Shown here in pieces: positions 1 to 12,689 of a stretch of DNA of 64,000 nucleotides. The DNA comes from Mobula birostris (lineage: Eukaryota), in contig NC_092396.1 in assembly GCF_030028105.1 (NCBI RefSeq), positions 18,993,820-19,057,819 of the forward strand, in the 5' to 3' direction. Positions within the stretch are counted from its first letter, which is position 1. The number at the start of each line of letters is the position of its first letter. A program made the translations under genes and the position numbers. The notes under the pieces are model-generated. The model saw only the letters and a list, made by a program, of their open reading frames with translations, was not told the DNA's origin and ran no database searches.

Positions 1-368
1 CCCAACGCATCTGTCGATGTGAACTTCCCACTATTCAGGATATTTACAAAGACGAGTGTGTAAAAAGGCCCAAAGGATTATTGACCTGAGTCACCCCAAC
101 CACAAACTGTTCCAGCTGCCACCACCCGGGAAACGATACCGCAGCATAAAAGCCAGGACCAACAGGCTCCAGGACAGCTTCTTCCACCAGGCCATCAGAC
201 TGATTAATTCATGCTGACACTACTGTATTACTATGTTATGTTGACTGTCCTGTTGTACATACTATTATAAATTACTATAAATTGCACATTTAGACAGAGA
301 CTTAACGTAAAGATTTTTACTCATGTATATGAAGGATGTAAGTAATAAAGTCAATTCAATTCAATTCA
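1..368 (+). mobile_element. 3' end of Rex1/Babar-type LINE
   Basis: Closely matches 10550-10911; encodes the C-terminal HPNHKLFQLPPPGKRYRSIKARTNRLQDSFFHQAIRL motif; ends in AATAAAG plus a (TCAAT)n tail. Confidence 0.85.
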
Positions 369-1189
369 TGCGATTAAATCAACAGTATAAACTAATGCTC
401 ACTTGGTAGTATGTCAGAGATCCACGTTTCTCCTCTGCAGCATTTCACAATAATATTTTGCAAATGAAGTAAGGCACTACAAAGTAAACTAATATGAATA
501 CACATATCTGGGGCATGTTGTTGCAAATTGATTTACTCAGAATATATATTATGATGACTCCATCCCTACTCGACTTTAAAGTATATTATTTTAAAATCTG
601 CTCCTGTGCATCAGATAATCATTGTTTTCCATAAGCAGTATATTAGCTAAACTAATTCATTTAAATTGCAAGCAAGACTTTACGTTTCTGAAACATGTAA
701 CATTTAAACAGCATCAGCACTGCCAGATTATCAGGGATCGCATTCCCACACCCTTACATTAAATGTCAGTTAATTCTGTAAATCATTTACTTTTCGTGTA
801 TTTTTCAATTAGTGATATCAGGATTGTCACAAATGATATGTGTCGTTTTTGACACAAGAACAAGTTGAGGGTTTAAAATATTCTGAACTAGTTCATTACA
901 GCTCACAGCAGTAAAAATAAAACTCCAACAACTAAAAATGTTTAAATGAATGCATAAGATTCTGTTCATTAATTTGAAATACCATAAATATACAGCAGCA
1001 CAAATTACCAAAAGGACAGCTAAAATCTCTATCGCTTTAGGAATACAACAAATGGAAGCAGCTTTTATTTATTTTGTGTTCTGGTTACGGCCATTATAAT
1101 ATACACAATCACTCCAAACCAGGAAGCTATTGTGCGTGTGTTGCCTCTATTTGTTGATTACCTACATTATAAAATAATACTGTTGAAAA

Positions 1190-2270
1190 TCTTTTCAATT
1201 TCACTTAAACTTTCCCCAGGAATCATTCAAAGGCTACATTTTGTAGCTGTACTTGCTTACTTGATTGAGACAATACCTGTATGTGGTTATTGTCCCAAGT
1301 TGAAAACAGGTTGTTGGGATGAGCAATATTTCACAGTTAGTATTTATGTACGGTAATTGGGCACAGAGCTTGTTCTGTGTTTGACACCCAAGGTAAAACA
1401 CTGGAAGTAGGTCTGAATGGGAAGTCGAACATTTATTTTTGTGCGTGAGGGTATGAGAAATGGAGGATTGCTGTTAGCAGGAAGCCGAAAGTAGTTGATT
1501 GGAGATTTGTTTTTCAACATGCATGTGAATTAGATACCGTTAACTTTTGAAAACCTCTTTCTTTAAAAGGAAGTTGAAAAACAAGCCCTTTAAAAACATG
1601 AGAAAACTTCATTCTTATTTCTTCCTCCTATTTGCAAACAGCAATAATGAAAACAAGGATTTCAAAAAGGATTAGTTCCATTGTCCAACTACGCAACCTC
1701 ATAAAATAAACAATTCAATTTAGTCAACTAAAGCATTCATTCTGAGCAACGTGAGCAAGTGTTTGGGGAGAGAGACAGTGAGCATGTCCTTGCTTTGGTG
1801 TTTGGCCAGCACAGTCCAGATAAGTACATCTCATGGTAATACACTGCTTCCGCAGATACGCCAAAGAGAAATTTCTCATCAGGTTCATGGAGTTTAAATA
1901 TTACCTGCGGAAGTCAGGAAATTAATGCAAACACTGGGCAAAGTCCCCTGCAACAGGATGATTCCCCTAACTGGTTGCTCTAAAAGGAATAACTCCTAAT
2001 CAAAATCCTCCTCCCATGCCCAAGTAAGAAAAAATAAATGTAGAAAATAATCACGGAAAAAGTAATCTTTGATATTTAGCATCATGCGGTGTACAAAGGA
2101 AAACCAATAGGTTATATACACCTCCTTTCATTACCAAAGATAACTAACATGAAGGCTCAGCAACAGAATATGAAAAATTACACAAGATAACCAAGGAAAA
2201 CATCTTCAAATCACTGATCCTTTGAATCAATTTCCCCATGCAACAGGAGGGAGCTGGTTTCGTTTCACCA
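1190..2270. promoter_or_regulatory. Putative immune-responsive enhancer or alternative promoter (NF-kB/ISRE-like cluster)
   Basis: Non-repetitive DNA. Contains GGTTTCGTTTCA (2256-2267, ISRE-like GAAACGAAAC on minus), minus-strand GGGGACTTTGCCC and GGGGAATCATCC (~1936-1967), GGGGAAATT (~2229-2237), TTTCAATTTCACT (~1193) and a minus-strand CAG|GTAATA near 1905. Motif matches only. Confidence 0.35.
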
Positions 2271-4774
2271 ACGTCTTTCAGTCAATGTTAATTGAAGCTT
2301 TAGAAAGAGAAACAGAATTAACCTTTCAGATCAAAGACCCTTCAACAAAAGCAAGAAAGAGATAAAACAAATTGCAAAAAGGATGGAGGGAGAGATGGAT
2401 AAATCAAAGGGAATGTCTTCAATTGGAATAATGCCAGGGTTTTCATGCTGACAAACCTTTGGTGAAGCCAGTCAGCAGAAGTGAGTCCCTCTTATTTTTA
2501 AGTATTAAAACAAGGTGAAGGGATAAAACCTGTATGGTGCATTGCATGCTTACAAGACATCCCTGATTGACACATGAATGATTTCCTTTCAGTAATCCAC
2601 CAGTTGTCATGGTCATGCTTTCCTAGAGCCAATACACAAATTAACAGACCAATTAAATGTAGTTACATAACTTCTGCAAGGGAATTTCAATTTACAAACT
2701 CTAATAAAGTTGGTAAAAGAATGCTAATTAAACAATTTGTGTCACATCAGCGAGTAGTTTGTTTAAGGATCAAAGATCAACTTCATTTGCCTTATGCATT
2801 TTCGTGTATTAAATGCTCACTGCTGGATATTTCAGTTGTTAAATGAGGCCCAAGTCACAGATGGGAACAAAATCCTACAGTAGTGTAGAAATCGAGGAAA
2901 TGGTTAGGGTGATCACAGATAAAATGGGTAGGGGATTAGCCCCATCATTAAGCAAAAGGATTAAAGCAAAGGTTTGTAGGGGTGGTTCTGATCAAGAAAA
3001 TACAGCTAAGTATGTGCTTTTTGGAGGAGGAAGGCTTTAACAAGGGTTGCAAGCAGAGAGTCTGAAGGAAAGCCTGCCAAGTAAAGGTAGTCAACATGAA
3101 CTGGGTTGTTGGCACATGACTAGGAGCCAATCAAGCAAGTGACCTTTAAGTAGCAATGAAATTGACATTAAGGGGATTGTAAAAGTCTGGCTGAACATGA
3201 GTTGAAGGTGGACAGTGTATACATTTCAGAAGTGGCATCCAGACATAGAGGTAAATTGGACAGCAATGTTCATGTCTGGGCTCCTCCATACATTAGATGT
3301 TCTGAGGAATTGTAAGGAAAGCTGTAGGCTTTGTGATACACAGGCAGGCCTCTGATGTTCAATAACAGCTTATTTTCCATTTAAATTTAATCATTTTAAG
3401 ATCCAATGTTCAAGTTTATTAGTCACATGTACATCAAAACATACAGTATAATGCGTTATTTACGTTAACAATCAACACAAGCGAGGATGTGGTGGGGCAA
3501 CCTGTAAGGTTTGAAACACATTCTGGTGCCGACATAGCATGCCCACAAAGCTCAGCAGAACAACACGTCACCAATGGCGGGAACTTAAAACACTAGGCCT
3601 CAAATTCCAGTCTCACCAACTCATGAACCTAAGGAGTCATCAGAACTTGTTCCTATTGTCTGCACAGAACTTGCTGACCTGGTGGGGACTTCATCCACTC
3701 CCTACTGGACCAACATCCAAGCTCTGATGTCCCACGTCCATGTCGCAAGTCTTCAAATGTGGATCGGAAACCTAGACTCTGGCCTGATCTCTAATTCCTC
3801 CACATCCCTGTTCCTAAAACCCTAACCTGACCCTCAAGTCCCTTCTCCGTCCCCACAACCACCCTTATGTACCTAAAAAAGCAATTAAAAATTAAATAAG
3901 TACAAACCAACTAAATCTGAGCAGGGATTCAACAGAGGTCACAGCTCAGAGCCCTCCTGATGTTTATGCACAAATGTCATGCTGCAAGATCCATTTTCAT
4001 GGGAAGTTCAATAATGCTCCATACAGTTTCTTCAACACTTCAACTACCATCTATCCAACAGATAATTTATTAATTCAGCCAAAAATTTGTACGTTTTGTT
4101 GAACAGCAGGTTTTAGTGATCTGCAGGCCTTCCTGTTTTATCTTCCTTAATACTGGCAAATTAACACCTCAAATTTCGCACATGTGAACACAATTTGGAG
4201 ATTAAACTGGGATGCACACTTACTTAAAGAGAAAGAATACTAAACAAATTATTCCCCTAATCCAGAAAATAATAAGTAGAATGTGTCAGCTTCCTTTTCA
4301 TGTCCCTGTTTTCAAAAGTGTCACCAACAATTTCTCAGCTTTTTGTGTGTTTAAAAAAATCAAAAGATTTTAAAGGGTGAGATTTTTCTTTATTGCTACT
4401 TTAAGAATTTTTTTGACAAGTGGGATTTGAAACATTAAACACTTCCATGAGCTGATTTATTTTCACTTTTTGAAGTAGCAGGGTTTGTTAGTGCAGAGAC
4501 AATTATACTGTGGGGTAAACACGTTCACATATAATTTCCAATTGCAGGATTCATCTCAGTGAACTTAAATCACTGTTAATACTCAGTTGAAATCACGGAG
4601 ACATCTCTCCTTTACACAGGGCTTTTCTTCACATTCACTAATGTTTCAATTATGATTACTCTTCAATACTTCATAAAATTTGCCATTCTTAACATGCGTC
4701 TTCAGTATGACTACCTGACAAAAATTGGGCCTGATTTTTAAAAGAGCATCTTTCTTCCTGAAATCTATTAACCT

Positions 4775-5502
4775 TGTTACGTATCCCGTAACTGGGTTGC
4801 CAAACCAGCAGAAATGGATCACTCAGTTGGAGTCTGGATTACTAGAACTAAGAAAGTTTTATTAAAGAAACAAGCAACACAGTAATCGAAAGGATAATAA
4901 ATGCAACAGTTCAGCAATGATAAACACACATGTGCACAGAATTAAGATAACAGGATCAATCAAGCTCTATCGTTGTCTAGGGGTAAATGACCAATTTCAA
5001 AGTGACACAAAGTTCAGTCCAATTTAGTTCAGCTCGCAGTAATTGTTGCCATGGCAATGGACAACGTGGGGGGAGAGAGAGAGAGAACGAGAACAACTGA
5101 TCATTCAGAACGGCTTCCACTCACAGACCGGCGATATTGCTCACAAGCAGCTTTCGGGCGGGTCCTTTGTGATGTCACCTGAGGTCACCGACTGTGACCC
5201 CCTCCTCCAGATGCGGTCGATCCTCTGCAGTGAACCCGGCACCCAAGCGAGGGTGGACACACACCGGGTTCCCGCTGATCATACCTTTCCACCCTGTGCG
5301 TTTAAGGCTGATCCCCCGATCAGCCGTCCAAGAGCTTCCCACCGACTTGTGAGAGGCGCACCGCTTCCAAGGTCTCGTTACCTCGGGTGTCGTGTGTGTC
5401 TTATCTCTCCCTCCCCTGAGGACAGGCGGCAGACCAACTGCTGATGCCACTGGTACAAGCCCAGGCCAGCAAACATCTTAATTTATGTGTATTCTCGTCA
5501 CA
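4775..5502 (-). repeat. 3' LTR (728 bp)
   Basis: TGTTAC...TCACA, direct repeat of 8615-9321; minus-strand AATAAA at ~4858-4863. Confidence 0.95.
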
Positions 5503-5514
5503 CTTCCCCCCTTT
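5503..5514 (-). other. Polypurine tract
   Basis: AAAGGGGGGAAG on the minus strand, directly abutting the 3' LTR. Confidence 0.9.
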
Positions 5515-5675
5515 AAGGATTTTTACCGGGAAGTAAAAATTACAAACATGAATACATTATTTGATACACACACAAATATACACCTTTATCAGCTACTTGG
5601 CTAACACAGCGAGTTTGAAGTTGTCAACACCTTGACAGACAGTCATCACATTTTCTGTTCCTTTTATATGTGTTA

Positions 5676-6434
5676 TTAATAATCCCTTAGACCAGGCTCC
5701 AACTCAGCAAACTTCATAGTGGCCAAAAACACTGATGAATGGCGATCAATGTAACCTCTCATTTGGTTTTGTCCCGGACCACAATAACAAGGGTCGTCCC
5801 ATTCCGACTTAGGTTTCTCTAGCAAAGGCTTAGTAGGAGGGTGAGGGGTAGTGACCGCAGAGTTATTGCAAAACTTCCTACAGTACCCCACCTTCTCCAA
5901 GAGCCTTCTGAGGGCCCTCTTGTCTGTCAGGGTTGGGAGGTCAGCGATAGCCTGCACTGTAGCTTGCATCGCTGCCAGCTGCCCCTGTGTCACCACAATT
6001 CCCAGGTAAGTGACCTTCATGTGGCTGAACTCATTTTTTTCAAGGTTCACTATCAAGCTGGCTTCAGACAGCCGTATTAAATTGCCAATACACACCTCTG
6101 TGTTCGTCAGCCCTTTAGTCACTGAATTACTCATTATATATGGATGTTGTTTACTAGACTGGCCTATTGTAACAGACATCACCCAACGTCCCAGTTCTTT
6201 GCATCGCCTCGGGACAATCAAACACACGGGTGCGAGTCGTTTAATTACTTCTGCTAAAGAGCCGCTTTGTTCGGGGATTAAGGGAGAGACCTTATCAGTA
6301 GACCTGGCCAAAACAATAGCCTTCTCCCATCTGATCGATCCCATACTAATCTTTTCAAAATGGTTTTTTTCTCTTATCAGGGGGCCCCTAGCTTCATTGA
6401 TTTCCACGCTAACACCGACTAGGTTTGTTAGCAT
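5676..6434 (-). pseudogene. pol: Decayed, internally deleted reverse transcriptase remnant
   Basis: KQHPY and LIVNLEKNEF..KVTYLGIVV..AIADLP..KRALRRLL..GYCRKF..EWDDPC resemble Gypsy RT flanks and thumb. The YxDD core and RNase H are not seen. Confidence 0.8.
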
Positions 6435-6470
6435 ATCAAAAGCCGGTGACCGTCTCAGTTCGCGTCAGTC

Positions 6471-6620
6471 ATGATCAATAACATCCTTCCCCCTGGGCAG
6501 CCGGTAAACCTCTTTCATGATTCCACCAACTGTTTCCTCCAGCACTGCAAAATGTCCACCGGGGGGTACCTCGTGGGCCATGTTAAAAACCTCATTCCCA
6601 TAATTCTTTTGCACCACCCC
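6471..6620 (-). pseudogene. Integrase N-terminal zinc-binding (H2C2) remnant
   Basis: Manual translation GVVQKNYGNEVFNMAHEVPPGGHFAVLEETVGGIMKEVYRLPRGKDVIDH fits the AH..GH...KT..RI...FYWP...DV pattern. Confidence 0.75.
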
Positions 6621-6947
6621 CTATTCCTCATCTGCGGGTACTGTACTTGATTTCACTTTCTTCCTTAGCACTTCCTCCTCCGCACAATAGCCTACTAGTT
6701 CCCTTGTTCAAGCTGTGTCAGAGAGAGCTGTCTCTGCCAAAACCATCAGCCCTCGTCTCGCTCCCGCGTCTGCACCAATTCTTTCCTGGCTACTGCTACG
6801 TCTGTCCCAGCTCCCCCACTACCTCTTGTCTCACTACACTCCTTCCTTTCATTTTCTACTCTCTTCTCGTACAAGGTTGGCAGAAACGCTTCAGCTAAAT
6901 TTACCACCGCAGTCCCGTGATGAACCTGTGAGTCCATGGGCGGGGCC

Positions 6948-7442
6948 TCAATGCTGGCAGGCTGACCTGTCAATCTCACGATTGGGAACACGATTCATTA
7001 CGACGTCATTACCGAGCAAGACTTCCACGCCTTTCATTGGTAATTCGGACCTCACCCCGATCGTGACTAGTCCAGAGATCAGGTTGCTTTGTAAGTGTAT
7101 CTGGTGCAAAGGGACTGACTCTGTCCCTGCCCCAACACCTTTGACCTCTACCTCCCCAGTCTGGGTCTCTGAGCTAAACTCTAATACACCCTTCAGTATC
7201 AGTGACTGACACGCTCCCGTGTCTCTCCAGATCCACACTGGAACTGGTTTTAACCCCTCCTTCACTGACACCAATCCGGCCAAGATAAACCTCTCGCACC
7301 CTTCCTGAACTTTGGCAGACCTGTCCTTCCCTAGCGGTTGGCTTAACAGCTCGATACAGCCATTCAAAATCGCTGTCTTCCCTTTCCCGTCTCCTTCTTT
7401 GGGGCAAAGCACCTGGACGCAAAGTGTCCGACTTTCCCGCAA
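6948..7442 (-). pseudogene. Retropepsin-type aspartic protease
   Basis: PVWIWRDTGACQSLIL (DTGA active site) and VEVLLGND C-terminal motif; frameshifted relative to gag. Confidence 0.85.
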
Positions 7443-8515
7443 TTATAACAGACGACCCCAGGAGACTTCCTACCAGACTGTTCCCGGTCTACCTTATCCT
7501 TCTCACTAGTCCCCGGCTTACTTTCTGACTTTTCCGGCGGACTCTCCCCGCCGTCCTGACTACCCTTCTGGTAGCCTTTACTCGGGGCAAACTTCATTTT
7601 ATGCGTCAACACATACTCATCCGCTAACTTAGCAGTTGCGGCTAACGTGGCTGCCTCTTTCTCATCGAGGTAGGGTCTCGTACCCTCAGGGACACAACCT
7701 TTAAACTGCTCAATCAGGATCAGCTGCAGCAGTCTGTCATAATCCCCCTCTACCCCCTTTGAGGCGCACCAACGCTCACAATATGTCTGCATCTCACGGG
7801 CAAACTCCAAATACGTGCGGTCCCACTGCTTCTTCGCATTCCGGAACCTCTGCCGGTATGCCTCCGGGACCAACTCATAAATCCTGAGGATGGCCTCTTT
7901 CACCACCTCATACCTCTGGGCATCTTCCGCGGACAAAGCCGAGTAAGCTTCTTGGGCTTTCCCTTTCAGTACACTTTGAAGCAAAACAACCCACTTATCC
8001 CTCGGCCAGTCCTAACTCATAGCCACTTTTTCGAAGTGGAGAAAGTACCGATCCACGTCGGTATCGTCAAATGGGGGAACCAGCCTAACCTCCTGGGTCT
8101 CCCGGAACCTTCCACCTTGGTTCGGCACAAGCCCCTGCTCTGCCCTTATCCTTAACTTCTCCAATTCGAATTCCCTTTCCCTCTGTTTCTCCTCTCTCTC
8201 CAACTGTCTGTCCCTCTCTTTCTCTTCCCGCTCCAACTGCCGTACCCGGAACTCGTGCTCGAGTCTCAGTTTTTCAAGCTGCACCTGTACCGCGTCTCCG
8301 GCAGGTTTTTCAATAGACACCACCCCCAGCTCGCCTTGGGGAAATACACCTTTAGATACATAGTGCTCTACGATAGCTCTGTGTATCTCCTCTCTCCTCA
8401 TTGTCGACTTCCCCTTAGCAAGATTCAACCGTTTGGCCACAGCTACCAATTCCGATTTCCTGGCATCCTCTAATGCCTCCAAGGTCGGCGCCTTTATAAA
8501 TTCCTCAGCCTCCAT
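7364..8515 (-). pseudogene. gag: Gag with coiled coil, SCAN-like capsid domain and CCHC knuckle (one in-frame stop at 8012-8014)
   Basis: ORFs 8012-8515 and 7364-7984 are in the same frame, 9 codons apart. PEAYRQRFR...ERWC...LLQLILIEQF is SCAN-like; CYNCGKVGHFASRC is a zinc knuckle. Confidence 0.9.
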
Positions 8516-8591
8516 TTCTACTGTTTGTCTTTTCTTTCTTTCGGGAATTTTAACCCAATCAATTTACTCCGTCCCAAATTTAGCGTTCAAA

Positions 8592-8610
8592 ATCACAGAC
8601 AAGAACCCCA
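8592..8610 (-). other. Degenerate primer-binding site (tRNA-Pro-like)
   Basis: TGGGGTTCTTGTCTGTGAT, 4 nt from the 5' LTR, resembles the tRNA-Pro PBS TGGGGGCTCGTCCGGGAT with several mismatches. Confidence 0.55.
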
Positions 8611-8614
8611 CTTA

Positions 8615-9321
8615 TGTTACGTACCCTGTAACTGGGTTGCCAAACCAGCAGAAATGGATCACTCAGTTGGAGTCTGGATTACTAGAACTAAGAAAGTTTT
8701 ATTAAAGAAACAAGCAACACAGTAATCGAAAGGATAATAAATGCAACAGTTCAGCAATGATAAACACACATGTGCACAGAATTAAGATAACAGGATCAAT
8801 CAAGCTCTATCGTTGTCTAGGGGTAAATGACCAATTTCAAAGTGACACAAAGTTCAGTCCAATTTAGTTCAGTTCGCAGTAATCGTTGCCATGGCAATGG
8901 ACAACGTGGGGGGAGGGAGAGAGAGAACGGGAACGACTGATCATTCAGAACGGCTTCCACTCACAGACCGGCGATATTGCTCACAAGCAGCTTTCGGGCG
9001 GGTCCTTTGTGATGTCACCTGAGGTCACCGACTGTGACCCCTCCTCCAGATGCGGTCGATCCTCTGCAGTGAACCCGGCACCCAAGCGAGGGTGGACACA
9101 CACCGGGTTCCCGCTGATCGTACCTTTCCACCCTGTGCGTTTAAGGACCGGTACTTCCCACCGACTCGTGAGAGGCGCACCGCTTCCAGGGTCTCGTTAC
9201 CTCGGGTGTCGTGTGTGTCTTATCTCTCCCTCCCCTGAGGACAGGTGGCAGACCAACTGCTGATGCCACTGGTGCAAGCCCGGGCCAGCAAACATCTTAA
9301 TTTATGTGTATTCTCGTCACA
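8615..9321 (-). repeat. 5' LTR (707 bp)
   Basis: Direct repeat of 4775-5502. Confidence 0.95.
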
Positions 9322-9404
9322 ACCTAAAATTTTGAGACTACTCAATGGATTAACAGAGGTCTTATTAATACTAAAATATCAGTCTGATGGTACAATGGTA
9401 CAAA

Positions 9405-10911
9405 GTCACAAGGCTGTGGGACCGGACGGCATCCCAGGGTGAGTACTTAGGTTGTGCACAGCACAACTAGCAGCTGTGTTTACTGACATTTTTAATTTCT
9501 CCCTCTCCCATTGTAGAATGCCCTCCTGCTTCAAATTATCCACCATTGTCCCTGTACCAAAAAAGACCAAGGTAACATGCCTGAACGACTGGCGTCCTGT
9601 CACACTCACCTCAATAATAAGCAAACGCTTTGAGATGCTGGTCAAGGATTATATCTGCAGCTTGCTACCAACCAAACTGGACCCCCTACAATTCGCCTAC
9701 CAACACAACCGATCGACAGGTGATGCAATAGCCACTGCTCTACATACTGTCCTTACACATCTGGAGAAGGATGCTTATATGAGAATGCTGTTATATAACA
9801 ATTACAGCACGGAAACAGACCATCATGGCCCTTCTAGTCCGTTCTTGGACTACAGTTCAGCATTCAACACCATAGTTTCATACAGGCTCAACAAGAAGCT
9901 CAGAGACCTCAGCCTTGACCCTGCCTTGTGCAGCTGGATCCTGGACTTCCTGTCACATCGCCAACAGGTTGTAAGAGTGGGCTCTCTCACCTCCAACCCT
10001 CTGACTCTCAATACAGGAGCCCCTCAGGGCTGCATACTGAGTCCCCTCCTTTACTCCCTGTAAACCCACGACTGTATCCCCACCCACAGCTCCAATCTGC
10101 TCATTAAATTTGCCAACCACACTACATTGATTGGCCTTATTTCAAACAATAACGAGGTGGCGTACAGGGAAGTTGTCATCTCTCTCACACAGTGGCGTCA
10201 AGGAAACAACTCCCTGCATGTCGCAAAAACAAAGGAGCTGGTTGTGGATTACAGGAGGAATGGAGACGGGCTAACCCCTATTGACATCAATGGACCTGGG
10301 CTGAGAGGGTAAACAGCTTTAAGTTCCTCAGCATCCACATCACCAAGGACCTCACGTGGTGTGTACAGACAAGAGGCACAACAGCACCTATTTCACCTCA
10401 GAGGGTTGAGGAAGTTTGGCATGGGCCCCCAAATCCTAAGAACTTTCTACAGGGGCACAACTGAGAGCATCCTGACTGGCTGCATCACTGCCTAGTATGA
10501 GTACTGTACCTCCCTTAATCACAGGTCTCTGCAGAGTGGTGCAGACAGCCCAGCGCATCTATAGTTGTGAACTTCCCGTGATTCAGGACATTTACAAGGA
10601 CAGGTGTGTAGGATCACCGGGGACCCAAGCCATCCCGACCACAATCTATTCCAGCTGCTACCATCCGGGAAGCAGTAGTGCAGCATAAAAGCCAGGACCA
10701 ACAGGCTCCGGGGCAGCTTCTTCCACCAGACCCTCAAACTGACTAGCTCACGCTGACTTGAGTGTACTCTATATTACATTGACTGTTCTATTTATTATAA
10801 GTTATTATAAATTACTATGATTGCACATTGCACATTTAGATGGAGACATAATGTAAAGGTTTTTACTCATGTATGTGAAGGATGTAAGAAATAAAGTCAA
10901 TTCAATTCAAT
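9405..10911 (+). mobile_element. 5'-truncated Rex1/Babar LINE (RT region and 3' UTR)
   Basis: [54 protein letters not shown]; (TCAAT)n tail. Confidence 0.9.
9793..9840 (-). mobile_element. 48-bp CR1 3'-terminal insertion inside the Rex LINE
   Basis: Matches the element end at ~21493-21540; flanked by a GTT duplication (9790-9792 and 9841-9843). Confidence 0.75.
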
Positions 10912-11332
10912 TGCAAACCAGATATTATCTAGAAAAAGCAACTGTAGCAACAAGGATTAGATACCTCCTTTTAATGGCATTAAAAGAGTATTGCGTTTCA
11001 TTCGAATTGAGAAAAAAATCATTTAAAATTAGATAACTTTAATTGTGAGATTCTCGGTCCTATCAATATTTAACTTGGGCAATACATATGCTAAAGACAG
11101 TTTTAAAGGGTCAATCTCTTCAGGGTGTATGAAATGATAAAGAACTTCATCCAAAGAGTTGTACTAATTTATTCCATTATGACACTGGGATTTTACTGCC
11201 TAAAACTGAAATCTACCTCCCTGTGGAAGATTCCCAATTAGGTGTTCACAGGACTGGCTTTTGATACTAGTTGGGGGGAAAGAAACACACAAGGTCACGG
11301 TCATTCATCAACTTGAAGTGGATTAAAATTAC

Positions 11333-12620
11333 AGAATCAGAATCAGGTTTAATATCACTAGCATATGTTGAGAAATTTGTTGTTTTGCAACAGCAGCACA
11401 TTGTAATACATAACAAAAACTCATCAAAAAACTATAAATTACATTAAGAAATACATATTTTAATTAGTTGTAAAAGAGAACAAAAGAAAAAGATCAAAAA
11501 AGGAAGGCAGTATTCATCAGTTAGTTCATTGTCCAATCAGAAATCTGATGCAAAAGGGAACAAGCTCTTCCTGAAACACTGGGTGCGAGTCTTCGGACTC
11601 CTGCACCTTCTCCAAGATAGCTTAATGTCCTTTCCAGTGCACAAGTGTAAAGGGGAACAAAAAATTGTTACTCTGGATCAGATGCAGTGCAAAAAAAAGC
11701 ACAATAAGTACACAGTAACGATAAAAACACAATCAATATAAATACGTAAGATAGCTTATATACATATTTTGACTGTATGTTGTTAAATGACACTGGGCAC
11801 GGGAGTGTATGTACATAAGGTGACAGACAGGAAATGACAAAGTAGTGGTACGTTAGTGAGTGATGTTGATCAGCCTTACTGCTCGGGGAAAAGTAACTGT
11901 TTTTGAGTCTAGTGATCTTGGCGTGGATGGTACATAGCCTCCTCCCTTACAGGAGTGAGACAAACAGTCCATGAGCAGGGTGGGTAGGATCCTTTATGAT
12001 GTTACTGTTCCTTTTCCAGTACCTTTCTATATATAGGTCCTTGATGGTGGGTATGCTGGTGCCAGTGATGTGATGGGCAGTTTTGACTACCCGTTGTAGA
12101 GCCTTCCTGTCTGCCATGGTGCAGTTTCCATATACTGCAGTGATGCAGCTTGTTAGGACATCTGCAGAATGACATGATATAGATGTGCACAGTTCAGCTC
12201 TCTTCAACCTCCATGATGGAACTGTCTGAATTTATAACTTACTGCAGGTTTTTCAGATCCTTTGCAGTGGCCCATCCATACCAGACGATAATGAAACCAG
12301 TTAAAATATTCTTCATGGTACATCCGTAGAAACTTGTGGGAGTCTTTGGTGACATACCAAGTTTTATAAAATTCCTAATGAAATATAGCTACTGTTGTGC
12401 CTTCTTTATAATTGCATCAATATGGTGGAGTCACGATATTTCTTCAGGACACGTTGATAACTAGAAAATTGAAACTGCTCAATCATTCCATTGCTGTTCC
12501 CTTGATGAGGACTGGTGTGTGTTCCCTTGACTTCCCCTTCCTTAAGTCCACAATAAATTCCTTGGTCTTTCTGACAATGTGACACCACTCAACCAGCTGA
12601 TCTACCTTGCTCCTGCACAC
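11333..12620 (-). mobile_element. Nested Rex1/Babar LINE fragments
   Basis: (CAGAAT)n tail at 11333; minus ORF 11947-12207 LTSCITAVYGNC..DRKALQRVVKTA..DPTHPAHGLF. Confidence 0.75.
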
Positions 12621-12689
12621 CTCCTCCTCACCATCATCACCATTTTTCAGCAGGCTACAATCAGCACCAGAGGTAATTCATTGATGACA

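Larger units (their letters stand above)
4775..9321 (-). mobile_element. Gypsy/Metaviridae LTR retrotransposon, Gmr1-like, pol internally deleted and decayed
   Basis: Two ~98% identical LTRs with TG...CA ends; 4-bp TSD ACCT (4771-4774 and 9322-9325); PPT, PBS-like site, gag, and protease, integrase and RT remnants. Confidence 0.95.

Noticed and set aside
1725-1905. Minus-strand coding exon (VIFKLHEPDE.. or MNLMRNFSL..)
   Set aside because: No recognisable homology or phase-linked partner exon; kept only as a regulatory candidate.
5043-5450. ORFs in the LTRs (also 8886-9263)
   Set aside because: Frames differ between the two LTRs and show no domain signal.
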